From assembly GCA_900617105.1 (NCBI GenBank), contig UYFQ01000001.1, positions 4,774,001 to 4,838,000 of the forward strand: a stretch of 64,000 nt of DNA, in the 5' to 3' direction. The stretch's first letter is position 1, and each line of letters starts with the position of its first letter. The position numbers and the translations under genes were made by a program. Of this stretch, positions 25,418 through 35,113 are shown piece by piece. The notes under the pieces were generated by a model that was given only the letters and a program-made list of their open reading frames with translations, was not told the DNA's origin and ran no database searches. This stretch comes from Hydrurus foetidus. Its lineage: Eukaryota.

Positions 25418-26578
25418 ATGACTGAGAAAGTGACCGAAAACGATTGGGACATCTTGATTGTGGGCGGCGGCCTGGGCGGCTTGTCGCTTGCGGTAGAGCT
25501 GGCGCAGCCTGCGTATGCCCACTTGCGGGTGCTGGTGCTTGAAAAGCGCGCCAGCTACAGCCGCGACCGCACCTGGAGCTACTGGCAAACCCACGCTCAT
25601 CGTTACAGCGGCCTTGAACGCAAGCGTTGGAATGCCTGGCGTTTGAGCTACGAAGGAAACCACGCGCAGCACGCCAGCAAGCCTGCTTACTGCACGATAG
25701 ACGCTGATGCGTTTTACGAATTTGCATTGGCACAAATAGCGCTTGCGCCGCACGTGCAGCTCAAAATGAACGTTGCGGTTACCAGCGTTCAAACCCAGCC
25801 GCGGGCAACCGTGCAGTTCGCCGACGGCACAGCGCTTACAGCCGCTTGGGTGATGGACGGCCGGCCCAACCCAGCGCCGCTGCCAGACGCGTTGTGCCAG
25901 CATTTTGAAGGCTGGGAGGTTCAAACCGACGCTGACTGCTTTGACGACAGCGCCGTGGAGCTGATGAACTTTCAGCCCGCTACGCTGGGCTTGCACTTTT
26001 TGTACGTGTTGCCTTATGGGCCGCGTCAGGCCTTGGTGGAAAGCACCTGGATGTCGGCTTTTAACCACCAGCCCGACTACGCCGCCGAGCTGCGTGACTA
26101 TTTGCAAAGTCGTTACGGCGTGACCGACTACAAATGCGTGTACCGTGAACGCGGTTGCCTCGACTTGCAGGCACGCACGCGCCAACCCGAGGCAACGGAC
26201 GGCAGTAGCCGGGTGGTTGCCCTTGGTAAGGCTGCTGGCACGCTGCGGGCGTCCACAGGCTTTGCCTTTTTGGAAACCGTTGCAGAAGCGTGGCGTATTG
26301 CGCAGTGTTTTAGTGGGGTTCCGCTGGCTGATGTTAGGGTGCCGCCGTACCGCCGTGACTGGCTCGACGCGTGGATGGACAAAATTTTCTGCGACGGCTT
26401 AAAGGCCGACTGGCCACGTGCGCCGGAGTTTTTCATGGCCATGTTCAAAGGCATATCGCCTGAAACCTGGGTAAGTTTTTTAACCGGTCGCCCCAGCATG
26501 ATGCAGCGCTTGCAGGTCAGTTTGCAGCTGCCCAAACTGCATTTTTTGCGTGCGGTGCGCAGGGTTCTGGTGGGCTAA
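25418..26578 (+). CDS. crtY: Lycopene beta-cyclase
   Basis: IVGGGLGGLSLA FAD motif, DRTWSYW, QHFEGW, FLYVLP, ALVEST, STGFAF; lies between opsin and blh. Confidence 0.9.
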   Translation: MTEKVTENDWDILIVGGGLGGLSLAVELAQPAYAHLRVLVLEKRASYSRDRTWSYWQTHAHRYSGLERKRWNAWRLSYEGNHAQHASKPAYCTIDADAFYEFALAQIALAPHVQLKMNVAVTSVQTQPRATVQFADGTALTAAWVMDGRPNPAPLPDALCQHFEGWEVQTDADCFDDSAVELMNFQPATLGLHFLYVLPYGPRQALVESTWMSAFNHQPDYAAELRDYLQSRYGVTDYKCVYRERGCLDLQARTRQPEATDGSSRVVALGKAAGTLRASTGFAFLETVAEAWRIAQCFSGVPLADVRVPPYRRDWLDAWMDKIFCDGLKADWPRAPEFFMAMFKGISPETWVSFLTGRPSMMQRLQVSLQLPKLHFLRAVRRVLVG

Positions 26579-27511
26579 GTGAGGCGAGGGCAGGCGGCTC
26601 TGATTGGCTTGTGTTTGATAGCGCCGGTAGCACTGGCCATGGTGTGGTGGTTAGATACCACCCAGCCGCAAGCCGGCGCTTGGGCACTGGTTGGCTTGAG
26701 CTTGAGCGTGGGCTTTTTGCATGGCGCGCTTGATGCGCCGCTGTTGCAACGCAAATTCGCCAATCGCTCGGCGCTGCTGCGGGTGCTTACCGCTTACCTG
26801 GCCTCAGTTTTACTGCTGGGTTGGTGGCTTAGCGGCGCTATGGCCGTCGCTTTGGGGGTGCTGATTACCATGTCGATCTGGCATTTTGGCGAGCCGTACG
26901 GGCGTTGGGATGACCTGCCGCCATGGTCGGCTGGCTTGACTCGCATTGTGGTGGGCGGCGCGCCCATCATGCTGGCCGTGTGGCTTGCTCCCGATCAGCT
27001 TGCCACCTTGTTAGCGCCCGTGGTGGAGCCGGCTGCGCTTCAGGTCTGGCGCGTAGCAGCCATGGCTTGGTTAGTTTTGCTGGCGGTGTGGACGGTTGCC
27101 TGCGGCTTGCGTAATGCCCGAGCCGCGCAGCACGCCTGGTTTGAATTGCTCGGCTGCACCGCGGCCTACCTTGTGTTTTCTCCAGTAATGGCATTTGCGC
27201 TTTACTTCGGCATTTATCACGCGCCCGTTCATATTTGGCGGGTGTGGCGCGGTTGGGTTGCCAGCGACGCGCAGCCTACGGCTAAGCCAAGGCCTGCGCT
27301 GGTTGCGGCTGGTTTAGCAGCTACCTTGTTGGCTACGTGGCTGCTGGGCGCGGGGCTTTGGCTGTTGCTGAGCCCAAGTGTTTCTGCAGCGCCAGATGTG
27401 CCAAGCGCGCTGCGCTGGTTGATTGTGGCGCTGGCTGCAGTGACTGCGCCTCACTTGGTGTTGATTAGTGCCTGTTCAGATTTTTTGTCACGCAAAACTC
27501 GTGCTGTTTAG
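26579..27511 (+). CDS. blh: Brp/Blh beta-carotene 15,15'-dioxygenase
   Basis: Membrane protein with the four His motifs HGALD, WHFGE, YFGIYH, TAPH. Confidence 0.92.
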   Translation: MRRGQAALIGLCLIAPVALAMVWWLDTTQPQAGAWALVGLSLSVGFLHGALDAPLLQRKFANRSALLRVLTAYLASVLLLGWWLSGAMAVALGVLITMSIWHFGEPYGRWDDLPPWSAGLTRIVVGGAPIMLAVWLAPDQLATLLAPVVEPAALQVWRVAAMAWLVLLAVWTVACGLRNARAAQHAWFELLGCTAAYLVFSPVMAFALYFGIYHAPVHIWRVWRGWVASDAQPTAKPRPALVAAGLAATLLATWLLGAGLWLLLSPSVSAAPDVPSALRWLIVALAAVTAPHLVLISACSDFLSRKTRAV

Positions 27512-27532
27512 CCGTAAGGTAAAGCATTATTT

Positions 27533-27573
27533 GCTATTTAAAATATAGCTGCTCGCGCCCGTATTCATTGGCT
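27533..27573 (+). repeat. Family R motif
   Basis: GCTATTTAAAATATAGCTGCTCGCGCCCGTATTCATTGGCT after the blh stop. Confidence 0.9.
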
Positions 27574-27620
27574 CAAACTCATAAAAAGCTGTCATTTCAT
27601 GCGTTTTTAAGCGCCCCAGT

Positions 27621-27649
27621 AAAAAAACCGGCTCAAAGGCCGGTTTTTT
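27621..27649. terminator. Bidirectional terminator between blh and dctP
   Basis: AAAAAAACCGGC-TCAAAG-GCCGGTTTTTT between convergent genes. Confidence 0.85.
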
Positions 27650-27672
27650 ATTGCACAGCAGGCGCTACGCCC

Positions 27673-28725
27673 TCAAGCTTTAGTGGTTTTGCCGTGTTTT
27701 TCAATCAGTATTTTGGCGGTGTCGAGCAGCTTTTTGCCGTCAAAGCCTTTTTTGTTCATGTCCTCTACCCACTCGACTTCTACCGCGCGGGCCTTGCGGC
27801 GGAAGTCTTGCGCCTCGGCAACGCTTACGGTGTAGATCGTGTTGCCGCGGTCGCTGGCAGATTTGCGGCCAATGCCGTCGTTGCCCTGCTGCGTTTTACC
27901 CAGCATGGCTGAGGTGGCCATGCCTGAGTTGTTGTCGATGACTTTTTTCAGGTCAGGCGCCAGCGAGTTGTACTTGGCTTTGTTCATGGCCATTACAAAG
28001 GTGGTGGTGTACAAACTGCCGCCCGCAGGGTCAAATTCGGCGTGGAACTTGGTGAGTTCGTTTACCTTGACTGATGGCACCACTTCCCAAGGAATCACGC
28101 AGCCGCTGATCGTGCCTTTGCTCAGTGCATCGGGAATGCCGGGCAGCGGCATGCCCACTGGCGTAGCGCCCAGCACGCCCAAAAGTTTGGTGACTTGGCG
28201 GGTAGGGCCGCGCACCTTCAAGCCGCGCATGTCTGCAATAGATTTAACTGCTTTGTCGACAGTGTGAATCACACCCGGGCCGTGCACTTGCAGCGCCAAC
28301 ACTTGCGTGTCTTTGAATTCGTCCGCGGCAACAGTTTGAAAATACTCCCAGTAGGCTTTGGAAGTCGCTTCGGCATTGTTCATCATGAACGGCAGCTCAA
28401 ACACTTCAACCCGCGGGAAGCGGCCGGCCGTGTTGCCGGGCAGCGTCCACACCACATCGACCACGCCGTCTTTGGCCTGGTCATACAGCTGCACGGGTGT
28501 GCCGCCCAGCTGCATGGCCGGATAGCCTTCAAACTTGATGCGGCCGCCCGATTCTTTTTCGACCTTGTCCATCCACGGCTTGTGCATGGTCAGCCATACG
28601 TTCGACTGCGGCGACATGAAGGTGTGAAACTTCAGCGTAACGGCTTGCTGCGCCAGGCCGGACAGGGCTGGCGCACCCAAAGCAGCGGCAGCGCCGGTTT
28701 TTAAAAGAGTGCGTCTGGCGATCAT
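27673..28725 (-). CDS. dctP: TRAP transporter substrate-binding protein
   Basis: Tat signal RRTLL, YPAMQLGG, DGVVD, GRFP..ELPF, GLKVRGP. Confidence 0.92.
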   Translation of the reverse strand: MIARRTLLKTGAAAALGAPALSGLAQQAVTLKFHTFMSPQSNVWLTMHKPWMDKVEKESGGRIKFEGYPAMQLGGTPVQLYDQAKDGVVDVVWTLPGNTAGRFPRVEVFELPFMMNNAEATSKAYWEYFQTVAADEFKDTQVLALQVHGPGVIHTVDKAVKSIADMRGLKVRGPTRQVTKLLGVLGATPVGMPLPGIPDALSKGTISGCVIPWEVVPSVKVNELTKFHAEFDPAGGSLYTTTFVMAMNKAKYNSLAPDLKKVIDNNSGMATSAMLGKTQQGNDGIGRKSASDRGNTIYTVSVAEAQDFRRKARAVEVEWVEDMNKKGFDGKKLLDTAKILIEKHGKTTKA

Positions 28726-28889
28726 GAAGGTTCCTTGAACGAATGAAAAATCAACCTGAAAATTTAATGCGAATCACAGTTTTTGCAAACCCGTACATGC
28801 CCTAACGAGAAGGGAAAGCACCGCAATCGCCTCACCGGCCCAGATCGTTATTTGAGACGTAAAAACCGCTTTTTTATGCATAAAATGAA

Positions 28890-28936
28890 CCTGTAGCCAA
28901 ACAAAATCGGGCGCGAGCAGCTATGAAAATAATAGT
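28890..28936 (-). repeat. Family R motif
   Basis: CCTGTAGCC..ATCGGGCGCGAGCAGCTATGAAAATAATAGT. Confidence 0.88.
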
Positions 28937-29000
28937 AGCTAAAAGCGCTTTGCAGTGTCAGTTTGCGGCGTGGCAATGGCTTTGGGCGAGAGCTGTCACC

Positions 29001-29975
29001 TTATTCAGCCTTGATGCCAGCCGACTGAATAGTTTTGGCCCAAAACTCGGTGTCTTTTTTCACCAACGCGTCCAGCGCCGTCGGCGTCATGTAGCGCAGC
29101 TCTATGCCTGCAGTGTCGGCGCGGGTTTTGGTTTCAGGAAGCTCCAGCGCAGCTTTGATCTGGCTGCTGAGTTTGGCCACCACATCAGCGGGCGTGCCTG
29201 CGGGCGCAAAGATGCCGATCCAGGCTTCCAGCTCAAAGCCCTTCAAGCCGGCTTCTGCCGTGGTGGGCACGCCGGGCAAACCCGGGTGGCGGGTTTTGCC
29301 CGCTACCGCCAAGCCTTTTAGCTTGCCCACCTGAATTTGCCCCATCACCGACGGCGGGGTGGTGATAAACACCTGCACCTGGCCCGACAACACATCTTGC
29401 AGTGCCGGGCCAGAGCCTCGGTACGGAATGTGCACCATGCTGGTTTGCGTTTGCTGCTTGAACATTTCGGTGCCGATATGCGACAGCGAGCCGTTGCCCT
29501 GGCTGGCGTAGCTTAATTTGCCGGGGTTGGCTTTGAGGTAGCGGGTGAACTCACTCAGGTTGTTGGCCGGGATCGAAGGGTGAATTGCAATCACGTTGGT
29601 GGCCACCGTGATGAGCGCCACCGACACAAAATCTTTTTGCGACCACGGCAGTTTGGGCGTGAGGTTGGGGTTGCCCACGTGGTAGGCCGAATAAGAGTTA
29701 AGCAGTGTGTAACCATCAGGCGTGGCGCGCGCTACCGCCTGGTACGCCACATTGCCACTGCCACCGCCTCGGTTGTCTACCACCACCGTTTGGCTGGTCA
29801 CTTTGGCCAACGAGTCCGACAAGATACGCGCCGATGTATCGACAAAACCGCCAGGCGGATTGGGCACCACCAGCGTGATGGGTTTGCTAGGGTACGGCTG
29901 GGCAATCGACGCTGTGGTTGCAATGGCAACTAACAACGCGCTAGCAGAACGCAGAAGTGTGATGTTGAAGGTCAT
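29001..29975 (-). CDS. Bug/TctC tripartite tricarboxylate transporter substrate-binding protein
   Basis: YPSKPITLVVPNPPGG, PDGYTLL, HIPYRGSGPA. Confidence 0.93.
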   Translation of the reverse strand: MTFNITLLRSASALLVAIATTASIAQPYPSKPITLVVPNPPGGFVDTSARILSDSLAKVTSQTVVVDNRGGGSGNVAYQAVARATPDGYTLLNSYSAYHVGNPNLTPKLPWSQKDFVSVALITVATNVIAIHPSIPANNLSEFTRYLKANPGKLSYASQGNGSLSHIGTEMFKQQTQTSMVHIPYRGSGPALQDVLSGQVQVFITTPPSVMGQIQVGKLKGLAVAGKTRHPGLPGVPTTAEAGLKGFELEAWIGIFAPAGTPADVVAKLSSQIKAALELPETKTRADTAGIELRYMTPTALDALVKKDTEFWAKTIQSAGIKAE

Positions 29976-29999
29976 GTCGGGTGGTGTGTTTTAAAGCGT

Positions 30000-31331
30000 T
30001 CAAGTAATGTATTTCACGAGCCACAGCGAAATACCCGGAAAAAACAAAAGCAGCAGCGTGCGCAGCGTGTCAGAAATTAAAAACGGCATCACGCCTTTGT
30101 AGCTTTCCGCAATCGGCACGGCGTTGCTTTTGCCTTTGGTCATGCCGTTAACGACGTACACGTTCAAGCCTACTGGCGGAGCCAACATGCCAAAACCAAC
30201 CGTCATCAGCACCATGATGCCGAACCAGATAGCGGTGTACTCTTTGCTCATGCCAAAGTCCAGGCTAATTACCATCGGGAAAAAGATCGGAATGGTCAGC
30301 AAAATCATGCTCAGCTCGTCCATCACTGCGCCCAGCACCACATAAAACAGCATGATGGCCGCCACCACCATCACAGGTGACAGGCCCCAGCTGCCCACCA
30401 CTTGGGCCATTTGTGCGGGTACTTGTGTCAGCGCCAACGACGCGTTCATTAAATCCGCACCCAAAAAGATTAAAAAGATCATGGCCGAGCTTTCGGCCGT
30501 GGCGTAAAAGCAGGTTTTGAATTTTTCCCAGGTCATTTCGCGCTTGGCCATCGCTGCAATAAAAGTAGCAAACGCGCCTACTGCTGCGCCTTCGGTAGGC
30601 GTGAAAAAACCGCCGTAAATGCCGCCAAAAACAATCACAAAAATAATGGCGATCGGTCCAATACCCTTTAAAGCCTCGGCAATATTGGTCTGTGCAGCCT
30701 GCGCTTTTTCAGGCGCGTGACCCGGCACCACCCGAACATAAATCGCAATCGCCACCATGTAGCCCAGCATGGCAATAATGCCGGGCACCATGGCAGCGGC
30801 AAACAGTTTGGCTATGTTTTGCTCGGTCAAAATCGCGTAAATGACCAGCGGAACCGACGGTGGAATCAAAATGCCCAGCGTGCCGCCTGCGGCCAGCGTG
30901 CCAGTTGTCAAGCGGCCTGAGTAGCCGTGGTTTCGCATTTCGTCATAAGCCACGTTGGTAATAGTGGCGGCAGTAGCGACTGACGAGCCGCAGATGGCGC
31001 CAAAGGCTGCGCAGGCCAGCACCGCACCCATGGCCAAGCCACCTTTGAAACGGCCCATCACGCCGGCAGCGAACTGAAACAGCGCTTTACTGATGCCGCC
31101 TTGCGTGGCGAAGTGGCCCATCAAAATAAACAGCGGAATCACCGACAAGTCATAACTCGCAAAACGCGCAAACGCCTGACTGTTTAAAAAATTGGCCAGC
31201 GGGCTCCAGCCGGTTTGCATGACATAGCCGATGCCGCCCGCCAAAAACATGGTGATGGCAATCGGCACGCGCACCGCCATTAGCACCAGCATGATGCCGA
31301 AAATCATTAACGCAAGTTGTATAGCGCTCAT
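30000..31331 (-). CDS. dctM: TRAP transporter large permease
   Basis: IPLFILMG, GSSVATAAT, GTLGILIPPS, FTPTE, PPVGLN. Confidence 0.94.
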   Translation of the reverse strand: MSAIQLALMIFGIMLVLMAVRVPIAITMFLAGGIGYVMQTGWSPLANFLNSQAFARFASYDLSVIPLFILMGHFATQGGISKALFQFAAGVMGRFKGGLAMGAVLACAAFGAICGSSVATAATITNVAYDEMRNHGYSGRLTTGTLAAGGTLGILIPPSVPLVIYAILTEQNIAKLFAAAMVPGIIAMLGYMVAIAIYVRVVPGHAPEKAQAAQTNIAEALKGIGPIAIIFVIVFGGIYGGFFTPTEGAAVGAFATFIAAMAKREMTWEKFKTCFYATAESSAMIFLIFLGADLMNASLALTQVPAQMAQVVGSWGLSPVMVVAAIMLFYVVLGAVMDELSMILLTIPIFFPMVISLDFGMSKEYTAIWFGIMVLMTVGFGMLAPPVGLNVYVVNGMTKGKSNAVPIAESYKGVMPFLISDTLRTLLLLFFPGISLWLVKYIT

Positions 31332-31343
31332 AAAAATTGATGC

Positions 31344-31841
31344 TTAAACAGCAAGCTCCGGGTTGTCTTGGGTGGTTTGCGCTTCAAAACCAAAAATGCC
31401 TTGGTGCAGCGCGATCAATACCGTCAAAGCCAGCGGCGGCACCATCAGGGCGTAAACAATCCACTCGGGCAGGCCCAAAATTTGGGTTTCTGAGTGGGTA
31501 CGAAATGAATTCAAGCCGCCTACCGTTGTGCGCCAGGCCATCAGCGCCATCACGCAGCCCAGCAGCAATGCGCCGATGCGGTCCATCACATCTTGCGTCG
31601 CAGGCGACGCTTTGGTGGTGAAAAAATCGACCACAATATTGCCCCGCCTGACCTGGCACCACGGCATGAACAGCGCTATCGCCGCGCCCGCCGCCGCACC
31701 TGACAATTCAAAGTCACCCACAATGGTTTTGCCAATCAGGTCGCGGCCAATGATGCTGACGCAGGTCATCAGCGTGATAAAAATCAGCAGCAGGCCGGCC
31801 AGAATGGCGCAGAATTTTGCCAAATTTGCTAGTATTTTCAT
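31344..31841 (-). CDS. dctQ: TRAP transporter small permease
   Basis: Four TM segments, GNIVVDFF motif, upstream of dctM. Confidence 0.9.
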   Translation of the reverse strand: MKILANLAKFCAILAGLLLIFITLMTCVSIIGRDLIGKTIVGDFELSGAAAGAAIALFMPWCQVRRGNIVVDFFTTKASPATQDVMDRIGALLLGCVMALMAWRTTVGGLNSFRTHSETQILGLPEWIVYALMVPPLALTVLIALHQGIFGFEAQTTQDNPELAV

Positions 31842-31879
31842 AGCTGAAAGCCTTCGATTTAGCGCGTAGCTATTGGTTT

Positions 31880-32587
31880 TTAAACAACTTTAACGTGTAA
31901 TTCACCCAGCCCGGCAACGCTGCCAACCATGGTGTCGCCAGCGACAACAGCTGCCACGCCTTCGGGTGTGCCCGTGTAAATCAAATCGCCGGGCATCAGC
32001 TCCCAGGCTGCAGACAAGTGTTCAATCGTCTCGGCCACGTTCCAGATCAGTTTGGACACGTTGCTTCGCTGGCGGTCAATGCCGCCCACCTGCACATACA
32101 GCTCAGCGTTGTTCACATCGCCAGCCTGCGCGACGGGCGTGATCGGCCCAATCGGTGCGGAATGATCAAAACCTTTGCCAATGCACCACGGGCGGCCGGC
32201 TTTTTTCATTTCGCCTTGCAAGTCGCGGCGCGTCATGTCCAAGCCCACGGCGTAGCCATAAATGTGTTTGTGGGCGTCCGCCGCTTTGATGTTTTTGCCG
32301 CCTGTGCCAATCGCCACCACCAGCTCAATTTCGTGGTGAAAGTTTTTGGTCAAGCTGGGGTAGGCAATAGTGCCGACTGTTCCGGCGTCCACCACCACCA
32401 CCGCATCAGCTGGTTTTAAAAAGAAAAACGGCGGCTCGCGGCCGGTAAAGCCCATTTCTTTGGCGTGCTCTTCGTAATTGCGGCCTACGCAGTACACGCG
32501 GTGCACGGCGTAGCGGTCAGTGCTGCCAACAACGGGTACCGACACAACAGGTGGTGGGCTAAAAACATAACTGGCGAAGTTGCTCAT
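31880..32587 (-). CDS. Fumarylacetoacetate hydrolase family protein (probable fumarylpyruvate hydrolase)
   Basis: CVGRNY, PFFFLKP, HHEIEL, DMTRRDLQ, GDLIYTGTP. Confidence 0.93.
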   Translation of the reverse strand: MSNFASYVFSPPPVVSVPVVGSTDRYAVHRVYCVGRNYEEHAKEMGFTGREPPFFFLKPADAVVVVDAGTVGTIAYPSLTKNFHHEIELVVAIGTGGKNIKAADAHKHIYGYAVGLDMTRRDLQGEMKKAGRPWCIGKGFDHSAPIGPITPVAQAGDVNNAELYVQVGGIDRQRSNVSKLIWNVAETIEHLSAAWELMPGDLIYTGTPEGVAAVVAGDTMVGSVAGLGELHVKVV

Positions 32588-33729
32588 GACTTTCTTTCTT
32601 CTTTATGTATGCCCAGTGCCTGATGCACCGGACGGTCTGAAAAACTGAACAGCACGCAACCTTCGCTGCTGGCTAGCGCGGCCGTGTACCACGAAGGAAT
32701 AACAAAATGGTCACGCGGGCTAACCTCGAACTGCGTGGTTTGCCCGCCACTTTCTACGGTAATCGTTGCCGAACCCTCGACCACACTGAACACCGCGCCG
32801 TCGGTCTGGCGGTAGGGCTTGCCGGCAAACCCGGCGGGCAGGCGCTGCATGAAAGTAGCCATGGTAGGCATGGGCGCGCCGCCTGTTGCCGGGTTCACGT
32901 AACGCAGTTTTACGCCGTCCCAAGCGTCAACTTCTGCTTGACGCTCGAGCTGCTCAAGCGCGTGGCGCGTTCGGTCATAGGGGTAGCTGAAGATGGGCGA
33001 TGTTTGCCCAAACGGTGCGTCATACCTGACCGGCAGCATGTTGGCACCGTACTGATGAATATTGATGCCTTCAGGCTTGGTGACGGCCTGGCGGGCTTCG
33101 TTGCCGTTTTCGGCAAAACCAGCATCGAAAAAACGCAGCATGGGAATGTCAAGGCCGTCTAGCCACACCACGGGGGCGGCGACATCAAGTTGACCATTTT
33201 TGCCGTCGTGCCCATGAGAAGTAGCATGACCATCGTGCCCATGGTCGTGCCAGGTCCAGCTCGGCGTAATGATGAAGTCGCCCGGCTGCATGTAAGTGCG
33301 CTCGCCATCAACAGCGGTGTAGGCGCCTTGCCCTTCAACGACAAAACGCAGTGCACTTTGCGTGTGGCGGTGGCTGGGCGCGACCTCGCCCGGCATGATG
33401 ACCTGCAGCCCGGCATACAGCGACTGCGTGATGCACGACTGCCCGCGCAGCGCCGGGTTTTCAAGTACCAGCACGCGGCGCACAGCTTCTTCGGCGGTGA
33501 TCAGCTCGCCTGATGCCATCAAAAAAGGGCGAATGTCTGCGTACTTCCAAAGCGCAGGGCGGCACGGCGTAGCGGGCGAGGGCGGCACCAAGGCGTGCAG
33601 CACTTCCCACAAGGGCGTCATGCTGTGCTGGCCAATCGCGTTGTAAAAGGCTTGGCGTGCTGCTGCCGAGCCGCTGGGAGCAGAAGGGTCGGAAGAGTCG
33701 CAAGAGTCGATAGGTAAGTTAGCTGGCAT
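32584..33729 (-). CDS. gtdA: Gentisate 1,2-dioxygenase
   Basis: EEAVRRVLVLENP, SHRHTQSALRF, WTWHDHG, WLDGLDIP, FSFSDRPV; start placed at MPANL (uncertain). Confidence 0.93.
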   Translation of the reverse strand: MPANLPIDSCDSSDPSAPSGSAAARQAFYNAIGQHSMTPLWEVLHALVPPSPATPCRPALWKYADIRPFLMASGELITAEEAVRRVLVLENPALRGQSCITQSLYAGLQVIMPGEVAPSHRHTQSALRFVVEGQGAYTAVDGERTYMQPGDFIITPSWTWHDHGHDGHATSHGHDGKNGQLDVAAPVVWLDGLDIPMLRFFDAGFAENGNEARQAVTKPEGINIHQYGANMLPVRYDAPFGQTSPIFSYPYDRTRHALEQLERQAEVDAWDGVKLRYVNPATGGAPMPTMATFMQRLPAGFAGKPYRQTDGAVFSVVEGSATITVESGGQTTQFEVSPRDHFVIPSWYTAALASSEGCVLFSFSDRPVHQALGIHKEERKS

Positions 33730-35086
33730 GTTGGTCGAGGTAAACGCCGTCATGAATAAGAGCCGTTTGCAAGGCGGCAACGTCGACATCTGCAAAGCGC
33801 TGCCCAGCGCCGAGTGCCGATGCTGCGGTACCGGCGGCCTGTCCCATCACAAAGCAAGCCCCGCTGGCACGCGCGGCAGATTGCCCTTCATGCGTCATTG
33901 AGGCGCAGCGCCCCGCAACCAGCAGGTTGTCTACATTGGGCGGCACCAGCATGCGCCAGGGCAAGTCATTAAAAGCGCGGCCAACGCCTGCTTCGTCGTT
34001 GCGGGGAAATTGCCAGTCGATCTCGCCAGCGGTGTGCAGCTCCATCGGCCAGGCGTTGAAGCCAATCGTGTCGGTAAATCTGCTGGAGGCCAGGATGTCT
34101 TCGCCGCTCAACGAATAAAGGCCGTTGATTCGACGCGATTCGCGTATGCCGATTTGGGGCGCTATGTCTACGATTGTCGACTGCTCAAAACCCGGGACTT
34201 CAGAGCGCAAAAAATTGAAATAGTCACCAATCTGGCGGCGGCCTTCTAGCTCGCCTGCACTTAACTGGCGGGCGTCGGTAGCGTCCATGGCAGCGCCTTG
34301 CGCATTGCTGATTTGCGTGACGTTGGCTCGCCATTCGGTCGGATTTCTTTGTGGCCGCAAAATCGCGCCTTCGCGCGCAAAACTGTAAGCGCCGGGCTTG
34401 GCGGATTGCGCTTGCTTCATCAAGGTGTTGATGGCTTTAAATTCACCCACCGCTGCTAGCGCTCGCTCAGCATCGACATGACCGACCCTGAACATGGTGG
34501 TGGGAAACAAACCACTGCCGCAGCCGTCGCCCAGCGAGTAGGGCACACCGGCGAAATGCGCCACATCTGCATCACCGCTGCAGTCAATGAAGGCGCGTGC
34601 GCGAATCGCCTGCCTGCCAGATTTGGTTTCAACAATCAGCGCGTTTATTTGCGACGTGTCCGTTACCACCGCCGCAGCCCAGGCGTGAAAAAGCAGCTGT
34701 ACGCCCGCGGCCACCAACATTTGGTCGGCGGCGCACTTGTAGGCGCTGACGTCATACGAGCGCACCCGAATCCGGCCCGCCATGCCGTCTTGTGGGGCGT
34801 TCAGGCCGCCCAATGCATCAATGCGCTGCAAAAGCTCATCAACCACGCCGTGCACAACCGGTTGCATCACCCCGTCTTTTTTGCCGTACAGCCCGGCAAA
34901 ATTAGTGACGCCGCCAGCCGTGCCCATGCCGCCTAAAAACCCGTACTTTTCAACCAGCAACACGTTTGAGCCACGCTTGGCGGCGCTGGTGCTGGCAGCT
35001 ATGCCTGCAGGTCCACCGCCCACCACGACCACGTCAAATTCGCCGAAAACCGGGAGTTGGCGGGCGGGTTCAAATACGAAGTTCAT
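33719..35086 (-). CDS. FAD-dependent oxidoreductase
   Basis: DVVVVGGGPAG, FIDCSGDAD, GIRESRRI, NLLVAGRC. Confidence 0.9.
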   Translation of the reverse strand: MNFVFEPARQLPVFGEFDVVVVGGGPAGIAASTSAAKRGSNVLLVEKYGFLGGMGTAGGVTNFAGLYGKKDGVMQPVVHGVVDELLQRIDALGGLNAPQDGMAGRIRVRSYDVSAYKCAADQMLVAAGVQLLFHAWAAAVVTDTSQINALIVETKSGRQAIRARAFIDCSGDADVAHFAGVPYSLGDGCGSGLFPTTMFRVGHVDAERALAAVGEFKAINTLMKQAQSAKPGAYSFAREGAILRPQRNPTEWRANVTQISNAQGAAMDATDARQLSAGELEGRRQIGDYFNFLRSEVPGFEQSTIVDIAPQIGIRESRRINGLYSLSGEDILASSRFTDTIGFNAWPMELHTAGEIDWQFPRNDEAGVGRAFNDLPWRMLVPPNVDNLLVAGRCASMTHEGQSAARASGACFVMGQAAGTAASALGAGQRFADVDVAALQTALIHDGVYLDQHAS

Positions 35087-35113
35087 TGGTGCTTGCAGGA
35101 GCGCTTTTGCTGG

